Source: a bacterium
GTDB lineage: Bacteria; UBA8248
DNA: 64,000 bases
NCBI GenBank assembly: GCA_965219955.1
Contig: OZ244799.1
Coordinates: 1,632,001-1,696,000 of the forward strand
Direction: 5' to 3'
Shown here: positions 54,462 through 64,000 of the stretch, in pieces
How positions within the stretch are numbered: the first letter of the stretch is position 1
Layout of the letters: each line of letters starts with the position of its first letter
Made by a program: the position numbers and the translations under genes
Notes under the pieces: model-generated
What the model saw: only the letters and a program-made list of their open reading frames with translations
Database searches by the model: none
What the model was told of the DNA's origin: nothing

Positions 54462-54727
54462 TGAAGGTAACGGCTCTCATCAGGGGAAGGCGGGATTGTT
54501 CAACATCATACTGAATTTACGAACAGGAGCACAAACTCAGGAGTTACGCTCAGAGCTGATGTATGGGCTGAATTGAAGATGGCGGCGCAGGGCCAAGGGC
54601 ACCGCATGCACGGCTTCCGTCAACTATGTGCTCGCTGATGTGAATTTTATCGACGGGGTGGACAAAAGAAAAACAGAAAAGAAAACTGCTTTATTCTCGA
54701 CGCCAATACAGCAGATTTGAGATTAGC

Positions 54728-57682
54728 TCAAATGGCATTTTGTCCCGCAGACTCTAGAAACGAAATTACTCTATTTACCTGTAGCCCCCGCCCATTTTTA
54801 TCTGCTTTTATTTGAGCCTGAAAACTAATACCAACTTTTAGTTTATTTCTGTCTGTAGAAGGGACAACGGAAAAATGAAAGAATGCGTCTCTTGAGCCGT
54901 CCGCAATTTGAACAAACCCGTACCCTCTGTCTTCAAATACGCGAATAATCCGGCAATCAGCAATCTCAACCCCTCCCGGTTCAGTTTCTATATCATGAAC
55001 TTGAGTAATATGAAGCCCCTTTGCATTGCGACCAACGTCACAAAGCAGGTCATCACCGTCGCTCACATAGTCTATACCGCTTTCATGAAGTTGTTGGGCA
55101 TGCATAAAAACTTGTCCGTCAACACCTTCTAAATCAACAAAGCCATACCCTTTTTCGGCATCGAACCAATCGACTGTGGCAATAATACCTTCATAAACTA
55201 ACCCTTCTTGGTATTCGCTAATGCTCGATTCACCGACTTCTTCGTCCGAAAAAGATATCGCTTGAATAAAATGCTCTAATCGAGTTTTGAGATTTAATTG
55301 GCATTTGTATTGTTCAAGTTGATGAGGAATAGACATATAATTTTTATCTTCATCAAAAAGATATAAAACAAACATCTCCCTAATAGAATTCATTTTTTCA
55401 TCAAATGAAGCATTGGAAAAATAAATATCTCTAATCTGGTGGGCTATATCTTCATTTACGATTGCTGTTGTAAGCGCCATTTGTTCAAGAAAGATATTGT
55501 TATTCAAAGCTAAACGCAGGTGAGCTCTACCACTAAAAGAAATTGCCAACCTTTGTCCCGGGGAAAGATCCTGAACAGAGGCGTCATACGGCTCAATTAG
55601 CCCCGCCTCAAGTAATGAGATAAGCGCTCTGTCAACGGAAGATTCTGTACATCCAACCGCTTCAAAATAATTGAAAATAGACTGAACGCTACTATGCCTT
55701 TTGTCGATCGATTTCCCTGACTGATACAAAGAATCTAAGAGTGATAAAATTCTCAAAGCCATTAGTGGTGACTGTCGAATTTCTTGGTCTACTTGGAATA
55801 TCGGGAATACTTCATGGGCATCTCCTCGCTTATAAGCTTCATGATCACCTTTAATAAGCGCATTCATAAATTTTGAATAATTTGTTGCGACAGTCTCGTA
55901 AGTGATAAACGAACTAATTAAATCATCGATTTTAAAAATCGCTGACGTTATGACTCTTTTTGAAAGAAGCAATGTCCTACGAATGTTATAGTTCGTGAGC
56001 TCCCCAATTAAACTTGATGTGTAGTCTTGCTCAACAAACACGTTTTCGAGAACCTCTGCAAAACGATTCAGGTTGCCGATCGAAACTCTTATTCCACGAC
56101 TAGAAAAGTAGCTTCTACGTTCTTCCTCGCTGAATTTTTCAGAGAGACGCTGTTTGAGGAAACTAATGCGCCTTCTAAATACTTCCCTCGGTGCAGGAGT
56201 TGGCAGGAAGAACGATCTGGATTGATATATCCCGAATATGTCTGTCTTAGAAAATGACCAAGCAGATTTATCAGTTACTGGAAATATAAGAAGACAATGA
56301 TTCGCATGCCTCCGCAATGATTGCGCAAATTGAAAGATTATTCTTTTGTACTCCATAGAGAATTCATCAGTATTGTCAATCAGAATTATGGGAAGTTTTT
56401 TTCTATTTTGTACTGTATCCGCCAATATTCTTTTCAGATATCCTTCTCTGTCATTTTCAACATTGTCATCAAGATATTCGCTGAATTTCTCCTTGAACCT
56501 TTCTCTATCATTTTGGTAAAGATGAGCATCCACTCCCTTTGAGCGACGCTGGTACTCTGAATAATACAGTCCTCGAAGCTGATTCCATGAAGGTGCCCCG
56601 TCTTGATAAACCTGACTCTCTAGAGAGGAAATAATGTTTTCCGTTAGCCATTGGAGAACAGTTTCATCTCGACCAGAAGCGTCTAGGCAATTCACCCGCA
56701 CCACTAAACATTGACGGCGTATTGATTTCGAGAGGGTTTTTCGAAAGAATCGATCAAGGAAAGTAGATTTACCCGCACCTGTGGGGCCTACAATAAATAT
56801 TGTTTGCCCAGAATCCACCTCAACAGCCGCCTCGATTAGATTAGCAAGTTCTTTATCAACGTCTTTGTCTACAGGAGAAATATTACCTAAAACGTTTGCG
56901 GTGATTTTTTCGAGTGAAAAATCAGCTATTCGACTTTCGCGTGTTTCGACAAAACAATCGATTAACATATCGGCGTCTTCATCACCGGTCAGTCTCTCGA
57001 AAAATTTAGTAAATACCCGGTCGAGATCAAATGCGAGATTGTTTTTAGGAGAGATTTTTATTTTATTTTCTTCAAGAGGCGCAAAGAGAGGCTGGGTCAA
57101 TAACAATCGATTTTGATGTAATTTATCGAAAATTAGATTATACGCTTTTTTCTTTAATAGTTCTTTTGAAATGAGTTCGTAGAAGATTTGGAAGTCAGAA
57201 AGTACCGCGTTAAGACTGGGGAAAACTATAGCTTCTTTGTTTTTGAAATTTTCTCCGGCGACAAAAGGTTTAAATATGACCCAAGTCAAGCCATCAGTAA
57301 GAACTGCTATAGAAAGACCATTAGGTGTGGCATAACTAGCTGCTTGTTCAATCCCGGGGAGCGCATTTTTTAGCCCTGGACCGGAAATCTTCAAATGCCG
57401 GAGACGATTATTTTCGGTAGTCTCAATCTCAATGCTTCCAGTACGCTTTGCTTCAATAAGCAATGTGGGTTCGCTATCAATAGATAGAAGATAATCTGAA
57501 TATCCGTTCTCGTTCTTTATCTCAGCTCCGATATCCGAAAAAGACCAATTGAGACCCTCAGTTACTATCCTCGTGATTAATTGTATTTTGGAATCTTCTT
57601 CGGTCTTTATATTTGAGATATTCTTTAGGGATTCATCAACAATTTTTTTTGTTTTTTCAAAAGCACCATCTAAGGCAATCAT
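54728..57682 (-). CDS. HsdR-N-like nuclease / P-loop NTPase / probable wHTH / two cold-shock domains fusion (candidate defence protein)
   Basis: GYSDYLL..LLIEAKR, QAASY, LTDG.TW (nuclease). GPTGAGKST (aa 299-307) and IILIDNTDE (aa 432-440). WFDAEKGYGFV..VFMH and FEDRGYGFV..AFFHFS. Visibly AT-rich. Confidence 0.85.
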   Translation of the reverse strand: MIALDGAFEKTKKIVDESLKNISNIKTEEDSKIQLITRIVTEGLNWSFSDIGAEIKNENGYSDYLLSIDSEPTLLIEAKRTGSIEIETTENNRLRHLKISGPGLKNALPGIEQAASYATPNGLSIAVLTDGLTWVIFKPFVAGENFKNKEAIVFPSLNAVLSDFQIFYELISKELLKKKAYNLIFDKLHQNRLLLTQPLFAPLEENKIKISPKNNLAFDLDRVFTKFFERLTGDEDADMLIDCFVETRESRIADFSLEKITANVLGNISPVDKDVDKELANLIEAAVEVDSGQTIFIVGPTGAGKSTFLDRFFRKTLSKSIRRQCLVVRVNCLDASGRDETVLQWLTENIISSLESQVYQDGAPSWNQLRGLYYSEYQRRSKGVDAHLYQNDRERFKEKFSEYLDDNVENDREGYLKRILADTVQNRKKLPIILIDNTDEFSMEYKRIIFQFAQSLRRHANHCLLIFPVTDKSAWSFSKTDIFGIYQSRSFFLPTPAPREVFRRRISFLKQRLSEKFSEEERRSYFSSRGIRVSIGNLNRFAEVLENVFVEQDYTSSLIGELTNYNIRRTLLLSKRVITSAIFKIDDLISSFITYETVATNYSKFMNALIKGDHEAYKRGDAHEVFPIFQVDQEIRQSPLMALRILSLLDSLYQSGKSIDKRHSSVQSIFNYFEAVGCTESSVDRALISLLEAGLIEPYDASVQDLSPGQRLAISFSGRAHLRLALNNNIFLEQMALTTAIVNEDIAHQIRDIYFSNASFDEKMNSIREMFVLYLFDEDKNYMSIPHQLEQYKCQLNLKTRLEHFIQAISFSDEEVGESSISEYQEGLVYEGIIATVDWFDAEKGYGFVDLEGVDGQVFMHAQQLHESGIDYVSDGDDLLCDVGRNAKGLHITQVHDIETEPGGVEIADCRIIRVFEDRGYGFVQIADGSRDAFFHFSVVPSTDRNKLKVGISFQAQIKADKNGRGLQVNRVISFLESAGQNAI

Positions 57683-58156
57683 TTTATTGTTCTTTCATTA
57701 TCGTTTGATAGTCCATCGCCAGCCCGGAATAATCACGGCAATGCAAATACCCAGTTTGTTAACATGGAGTATTTCGTTGTAGTTGTTTGGGCATTTGTTG
57801 TTTGTATGTATAACTTCATGAACAACGAAAATTGACACACTCCCATCACTAAAAATACCAGTTTCCCCTTAGCTCTTCCAGCCGCTAAAAACAAGAAAGT
57901 GGCGCCAGCCACGACATTTAGGCAAGAGGACAAACAGTCAACATTTGGCGTTGGCACATCAATAACATCGAAGCTGGAAAACTTAAAAGTATTTGTGGAA
58001 CAAAATATATATTCCAAAAGAGACAATTACATAGGCGCGTTCCCGACATACGCCGACGTAATCTTACGAAAAGTGCGTTTCGGCGTTTTACGCTTTCGAG
58101 AACAAGCGCCTACCCGACCCGTCGCCCCCGGCATTCAGGGGCCACCGGTTCAAGCG

Positions 58157-58423
58157 TCACAAATACTTCCTGAACCAGTCGACCGCCTCGACCATGCCGA
58201 TTTCGTGGTGTTCGGGGCTGCAGAAATAATAGGACTCGTAGTGCTGCGCGCCGGGGAGCTTGACGATCTTCTTGGGCTCCCCGCAGGCCTCGTAGCATCT
58301 GATCTGCTGGTCCACGGGTACCAGGAAATCGTTTTCCGAGTAGATGAACATGACTGGACGCGGCGCGATCCTGTCCGCCACCCACTCGGGCTTGTAGCGC
58401 CAGCAGGCTTCCGCGCTCTCAAG
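58157..58423 (-). pseudogene. Orphan diverged duplicate of the 3' end of the adjacent alpha/beta hydrolase gene
   Basis: Colinear with 58763-59029; about 12 substitutions, mostly synonymous; own TGA stop; no 5' portion. Confidence 0.88.
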
Positions 58424-58762
58424 GCGGGAAGCCCTTTATTTTCAATAGAAATTCGGCGTTAACTAAACCGCCAAACAAGTGCCTCCAATATCCGCAGGCC
58501 GGCGTGGGCGGGTCGAGCGCGAAGGACGAGAACTTGCCTTTCATCGCCCCGTGTCGCATATTTTTCCTGGCGCCCGAGTCATTTCGCAATCGCCTCATGC
58601 CTTCGGGAGAGTGCGGGGGTTGTGGCCCGCCGGGCGCCGCTTTTTTATTCCCCCCCGATCTCCTCGAGTATCAACGCCCGCGCCTCGTCTGCAGGTATGT
58701 TGTCGAGCTTGCCGATGAGCCGCTCCGCTGCCTCGCCGTCCACCATTCCACGCGCTCAAATG

Positions 58763-59653
58763 CTACAAATACTTCCTGAACCACTCAATCGCCTCGACCA
58801 TGCCGATCTCGTGGTGTTCGGGGCTGCAGAAATAATAGGACTCGTAATGCTGCGCGCCGGGGAGCTTGACGATCTTCTTGGGCTCGCCGCAGGCCTCGTA
58901 GCATCTGATCTGCTGGTCCACGGGCACGAGGAAATCGTTTTCCGAGTAGATGAACATGACGGGGCGCGGGGCGATCCTGTCGGCCACCCACTCGGGCTTG
59001 TAGCGCCAGCAGGCTTCCGCGCTTTGGAGATCATAGTCCTTCACGTAGTCGCCGTGTTTCTGGTGGTTCTCCTGGATGACCTGGAGCGTATGGGGGTCGC
59101 AGAGCATGATCTCGGGCAGCGGCATCGTGGTCGGCTCGCCGGTGGTGACGCGCTTTCGGGCGGCTTCCATCACCGTCTTCTGGAACGAGTCCCACTCGTG
59201 CGGCCTACGCACCGAGCGCATCCAGCGCTCGCCCTCGTGCACCCCCACCGAGGAGACCACCACCTTCACGCGCTCATCGAAGGCCGCCACCCAGATGGCG
59301 TTCGCCCCGCCGAAGCTCGTGCCGAAAATACCGATGCGCTCGGGGTCCACGCCCTCGACGGTCTCCATGTAGGAGATGGCGTCGTAGGTATCCTGCGCCT
59401 GCTCCAGGGGCCGCTGGCGGCCGCGCTCGCCCTCGCTCTTGCCGAAGCCGCGGTGATCGGGCGCGAGGATGAAGTAGCCCTCCTCCCAGAGGCGTCTGGG
59501 AACGTCCATCCCGTAGACCTCCTTCATCCCGCTGTAGCCGTGCAGGCAGATGATGGCCGGTCTGGCGGGGTCGCCCGCTTGCCAGTCTTTCGGCGTATAG
59601 AGGTGGGAGGCGATTTTGAGGCCGTCGCTGTAGTAAACAATCTCTTCGTACAT
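58763..59653 (-). CDS. Alpha/beta-fold hydrolase
   Basis: CLHGYSG, DHRGFGKSEG, GTSFGG nucleophile elbow, ENDFLV, AQHY. ATG at 59653 with GGAGG RBS. Confidence 0.9.
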   Translation of the reverse strand: MYEEIVYYSDGLKIASHLYTPKDWQAGDPARPAIICLHGYSGMKEVYGMDVPRRLWEEGYFILAPDHRGFGKSEGERGRQRPLEQAQDTYDAISYMETVEGVDPERIGIFGTSFGGANAIWVAAFDERVKVVVSSVGVHEGERWMRSVRRPHEWDSFQKTVMEAARKRVTTGEPTTMPLPEIMLCDPHTLQVIQENHQKHGDYVKDYDLQSAEACWRYKPEWVADRIAPRPVMFIYSENDFLVPVDQQIRCYEACGEPKKIVKLPGAQHYESYYFCSPEHHEIGMVEAIEWFRKYL

Positions 59654-59744
59654 GCAGGTTTCCCCCTCCAGGCTATGCCGCGGAAATCGGCTTAAGCACA
59701 AAATTACAATAACTTACGACATATGCGCCGCAGGATGCTTTCCG

Positions 59745-60584
59745 CTATCCGGCTTCGATGCCCCGCAACTCGCGGAGCAGGTCTCCGGCGTCGGGCGCGC
59801 GCATGAGCGCCTCGCCGACGAGGATGGCGTCCACTCCCTCGTCCACCAGGGGAGCCACTTCGCGCCAGCCGAATATCCCGCTCTCTGAAACGAGCACGAG
59901 TTCTTCTCTCTGCTCCGGCGTGAGCCGCCCGAACACGCGGGACGTATGCTGCGTATCCACCTCGAAGGTCTTCAAGTTCCGGTTGTTCACGCCGAGCACC
60001 CGGGTTCCCGCCGCGAGGGCGCGAGCGAGTTCTTCCTCGGCGTACACCTCCACGAGCGCGTCCATGCCGAGTTCTTCTGTGAGCGCGCGCAAATCCTCCA
60101 TCTGCGACGTCTCGAGGATGGCCGCGATGAGCAAAACGGCGTCCGCACCGCCCGCGCGTGCCTCCAGAATCTGGTATTCGGTGAAGATAAACTCTTTTCT
60201 GAGAACGGGGAGAGCCACTGCCTCGCGCACTTGTTCGAGATGCGCCATCTCGCCGAGAAAACGCCTCCGCTCGGTCAGCACCGAGACGGCGGCGGCGCCA
60301 CCCGCCTCATAGGCCCGGGCGATTTCGGCCGGCTGGAACGTCTCGGCGATCTGTCCCTGGGAGGGGGAGGCCTGCTTCACCTCGGCGATGACGCGCATCC
60401 GGCCGCCGCCTGCATCATCGCTAGATTCAGACCGCCTGAGCGCGCCTGCGAAACCCACAGTCGGCGGCGCATCCTTCGCCATCGACTTGAGGTCGGCTTC
60501 GGAGCGCCTTCTCTTGTCCGAGGCGATGTCCTCGCGAACGCCTTCCACGAGTTTATCGAGAACCGTATGCGTCGCAATCGTCAA
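59745..60584 (-). CDS. trpC: Indole-3-glycerol-phosphate synthase
   Basis: IAEVKQASPSQG, SVLTE, LRKEF, GVNNRNL, VSESG, LVGEALMR. Confidence 0.95.
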   Translation of the reverse strand: MTIATHTVLDKLVEGVREDIASDKRRRSEADLKSMAKDAPPTVGFAGALRRSESSDDAGGGRMRVIAEVKQASPSQGQIAETFQPAEIARAYEAGGAAAVSVLTERRRFLGEMAHLEQVREAVALPVLRKEFIFTEYQILEARAGGADAVLLIAAILETSQMEDLRALTEELGMDALVEVYAEEELARALAAGTRVLGVNNRNLKTFEVDTQHTSRVFGRLTPEQREELVLVSESGIFGWREVAPLVDEGVDAILVGEALMRAPDAGDLLRELRGIEAG

Positions 60585-60632
60585 AATATCATGCTCCCAG
60601 CAGGAATCGACAACCTACAGGCCAGCGAAACC

Positions 60633-61020
60633 GGGCTTGTTGAAAAAGTCTCCACATCTCTCTCATCCTGAGTAGCGGCCCCTCGACTTCGCTCGGGACA
60701 AACTCTGCCCACACCTTCCTCATCCTGAGTAGCCGCCGAAGGCGGCGTATCGAAGGTCAATCGCGCCCAATGCGGAAGCGATTGCTCCGCACGCCGGGAG
60801 ACGCCTCTCATCCTTCGATACGGCGCTTGCGCGCCTACTCAGGATGAGGTTTTGTGGCCACCTGCGCGGCAGAAAGGGAGCACCGCCACGTAACCCCAAT
60901 ACCGCATGTCCCAGACGAGGCTTTTTCTACAGCCCTGACAAGGGGGGTAGGAGAGGGTGCTATTACAGTCGAGAGGGGCGTCCTCTCTACTCCCTAATTA
61001 GGGGCCTTTTCAACAATCCC
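60633..61020. mobile_element. MITE-like TIR-bounded composite element between trpD and trpC
   Basis: GGGCTTGTTGAAAAAG (60633-60648) ... CTTTTCAACAATCCC (61006-61020). Internal CTGAGTAGCCGCCGAAGGCGGCGTATCGAAGG and CCTTCGATACGGCGCTTGCGCGCCTACTCAGGATGAGG are shared with the 1.7 kb and 4.9 kb copies. Confidence 0.7.
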
Positions 61021-61037
61021 AGGCCGCATCGCTTGGC

Positions 61038-62048
61038 TCAGGAGTTGGACACTTCCACGAGGCGCGCCAGCACCCCCGCCGCCTCGCCTGAATCTATCGC
61101 CGAAGCCGCCTGCGCGACGCCCTCTCTCAAATCCCCCGCCCTGTCCGCGGCGATGAGCGCAGCGGCGGCGTTCAGGAGCACGATGTCGCGCTTTGGGCCT
61201 TTCTCGCCGCCAAGGATGGCGCGCGTGATATCCGCGTTCTCCGCAGGCTCGCCTCCCTTCACGGCGTCCGGGTCTGCGCGAGAGAGACCCGCATCCTCGG
61301 GCGTTACGTCATACGTCCTGATCTCGCTGCCGTCCCATTCCGATACGCGCGAGGAGCCGGTAAGCGTCAACTCGTCCATGCCGTCCGACCCGTGTACCAC
61401 CAGCGCCTTCTGGCAACCCACCTGCCGCAGCACGTCCGCCACCAGTTCGGTGAGTTCGGGCGCGTACACGCCCACCAACTGGCTCTGGGCGCGCGCGGGA
61501 TTCGTGAGCGGCCCCATGACGTTGAAGATGCTGCGCATGGCGATCTCGCGCCTGGGGCCGATGGCGTGCTTCATCGCGCCGTGCAGCATGGGCGCGAACA
61601 GAAAACCGACGCCCGCCTCGTCGATGCACTCGCCCACCTTCCCGGGCGAGGCCTCGATGTTGACGCCGAGCGCCTTCAAGACGTCGGCGGCGCCCGATTT
61701 GCTCGACACCGCGCGGTTGCCGTGCTTCGCGACCGGCTGGCCCGCCGCCGCCACGACGAGGGCGGCGCTCGTGCTGATGTTGAAGGTATGGGCGCCGTCG
61801 CCGCCCGTGCCCACCACGTCGATGACGAAGGGGTGTTTCGTCTTCACCCACGTCGCCCTGGCGCGCATGGAGCGGACGCTGCCCGCGATCTCCTCGGGCG
61901 TCTCCCCCGCCATGCGGAGCGCCACGAGGTAGGCGCCGATCTGGGCCTGTGTGGCCTCGCCCGTCATGATGAGGTCCATCACCTTCTCCGCCTCATCCGC
62001 GCTCAAGTGCCGGCCTTCCACGAGCTTTCCGATGGCTTCCTGAATCAT
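61038..62048 (-). CDS. trpD: Anthranilate phosphoribosyltransferase
   Basis: DVVGTGGDG, FNIST, AKHGNRAVSSKSGAAD, GPLTNP. Confidence 0.96.
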   Translation of the reverse strand: MIQEAIGKLVEGRHLSADEAEKVMDLIMTGEATQAQIGAYLVALRMAGETPEEIAGSVRSMRARATWVKTKHPFVIDVVGTGGDGAHTFNISTSAALVVAAAGQPVAKHGNRAVSSKSGAADVLKALGVNIEASPGKVGECIDEAGVGFLFAPMLHGAMKHAIGPRREIAMRSIFNVMGPLTNPARAQSQLVGVYAPELTELVADVLRQVGCQKALVVHGSDGMDELTLTGSSRVSEWDGSEIRTYDVTPEDAGLSRADPDAVKGGEPAENADITRAILGGEKGPKRDIVLLNAAAALIAADRAGDLREGVAQAASAIDSGEAAGVLARLVEVSNS

Positions 62049-62187
62049 GTGCGCAAATCCTCATAAAGTGGTGAAGTCTTCATTGGTTCCCGCTCAACAG
62101 CGGCCCCTGCGCTGTACGCCCGCCCCGAGATCACCTGCGCGATTATCGCCGGTTCGGGGCCACCATACCGCGTCCGCGCGGGTTCCC

Positions 62188-62772
<585 letters not shown>

Positions 62773-62787
62773 GTCGCCTTCTCCGCC

Positions 62788-64000
62788 CTAGGGGAGGCCG
62801 CCCCGCGCCACGTCCAGCGCGCGCAGCGACCCCCGGGCCTTGTTGATGGTTTCCTCGTACTCGAAATCGGGCTTCGAGTCCGCCACGACGCCCGCTCCCA
62901 CCTGGAGGTAGAGCTTGCCGCCGCGCGCGTAGAGCGTGCGGATGGCGATACAGGTATCCATGCTGCCGCCGAAGCCGAAATAGCCCACCGCGCCCGAGTA
63001 GGGGCCCCGGCGCACCGGCTCCTTCTCGTCGATGATCTCCATCGCGCGCACCTTGGGCGCGCCCGAGACGGTGCCCGCCGGAAAAGACGCCCTGAGCACG
63101 TCGAACGCGTCCTTGCCCTCGCCCAGCGTTCCGACCACGTTGCTCACGATGTGCATGACGTGGGAGTAGCGCTCGATCACCATCTGCTCGGTGACGCGCA
63201 CCGTGCCGCGCTCGCAGACGCGGCCGATGTCGTTGCGGCCCAGATCGACGAGCATGATGTGCTCGGCGCGCTCCTTCTCGTCGGCGAGGAGTTCTTCCGC
63301 CAGCGCCCGATCCTCCGCCTCGTCCACCCCGCGCCTCCGCGTGCCGGCGATGGGGCGCACTTCGACCCGCTCCCCCTCCAGCCGCACGAGCACCTCGGGC
63401 GAGGCGCCCACGAGGGTCACGTCGCCGAGCTCCAGATAGAACATGTAGGGAGAGGGATTCACGGTCCGCAGCGCCCGGTAGATGGCGAACGGGTGCACGT
63501 CCAGGGCGCTCTCCATGCGCTGGGAGAGCACGACCTGGATCGCCTCGCCCGCGTGGATGAGCTCCACCGTATCGGCGACGACCTTCTCGAACCCTTCACG
63601 GGTGAAAGACGAGTAGAGGCCCGGCATGTTCTCGACGGGATGCCCGCTCGCTTCACCTTGAGGCGCTTCCTCCGGCTCGTAAGGCGGAGCGACGGAAGGG
63701 CCTCTCAGCTTTTCGATGAGCGCATCGACGCGCGCGCACGCATCCTCGTAGGCGGCCTCTTCGCCGTCGTCGCGAATGTGCGCATGGGCGAGCACGTACA
63801 TCTTCTGCGCCGTGTTGTCGAAGATGACCAGGGACTTCGTGATCATGAAGAGCAGTTCGGGCAGATCGAGATCGTCATGCGCATTCTCGGGCAGGCGCTC
63901 GATGAAGCGTACCGCGTCGTAGCCCATGCAGCCGATCGCGCCCCCCCAGAACCTCGGCAGGCCGGGAAGGTCGACGGGGATGTAGGGCTGCATCAGCTGT
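62788..64000 (-). CDS. trpE: Anthranilate synthase component I (5' part outside the window)
   Basis: NPSPYM, SPEVLV, PIAGTR, AEHIMLVDLGRND, YSHVMHIVS, AGTVSGAPK. Confidence 0.95.
   Translation of the reverse strand, partial: QLMQPYIPVDLPGLPRFWGGAIGCMGYDAVRFIERLPENAHDDLDLPELLFMITKSLVIFDNTAQKMYVLAHAHIRDDGEEAAYEDACARVDALIEKLRGPSVAPPYEPEEAPQGEASGHPVENMPGLYSSFTREGFEKVVADTVELIHAGEAIQVVLSQRMESALDVHPFAIYRALRTVNPSPYMFYLELGDVTLVGASPEVLVRLEGERVEVRPIAGTRRRGVDEAEDRALAEELLADEKERAEHIMLVDLGRNDIGRVCERGTVRVTEQMVIERYSHVMHIVSNVVGTLGEGKDAFDVLRASFPAGTVSGAPKVRAMEIIDEKEPVRRGPYSGAVGYFGFGGSMDTCIAIRTLYARGGKLYLQVGAGVVADSKPDFEYEETINKARGSLRALDVARGGLP

Noticed and set aside
57733-58026. 97-aa ORF upstream of the nuclease-NTPase-CSD gene as a partner component
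   Set aside because: No recognisable motif or RBS and an odd composition, so it cannot be supported, although a degraded gene is not excluded.
58157-59029. Diversity-generating retroelement TR/VR pair
   Set aside because: Mismatches are not adenine-specific (many C/G swaps at third codon positions), are mostly synonymous, and no reverse transcriptase is in the window.

Overview
Bacterial chromosomal window. Its gene order resembles Deltaproteobacteria/Nitrospinota-type genomes, but that lineage assignment is inference only. The core region (~5.7-49.7 kb) carries: F0-only atp genes plus rex and tsaB; an unusual nested ilvB-ilvB-ilvN-ilvN block; psd-pssA, lptD, ugd-uxs-gmhA, purBCSQLF, mltD-bamD-sigma70-pgsA-plsY and tRNA-Leu(CAA); then, on the minus strand, ilvE, nadX, aroC/aroK, miaA, ihfB, rpsA, cmk, tyrA, hisC and pheA. 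trpE-G-D-C lies at the right end. There are two accessory zones. (i) 1-5.4 kb holds a Cre-like tyrosine recombinase, a small membrane-anchored coiled-coil repeat protein and katG, embedded in dense mosaics of several families of short palindromic elements that are nested inside one another. (ii) ~49.8-59.7 kb holds an enolase-superfamily gene, a Fic/DUF4172 gene with an operator-like array, another repeat mosaic, a flavin monooxygenase, a duplicated and diverged 3' end of an alpha/beta hydrolase gene, and an AT-rich 984-aa gene. That gene fuses an HsdR-N-like nuclease, a P-loop NTPase, a probable winged helix and two cold-shock domains, and it is the best candidate here for an undescribed single-gene defence system. 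No CRISPR array or rRNA was seen. All family calls come from recognising motifs by eye; no database searches were run.
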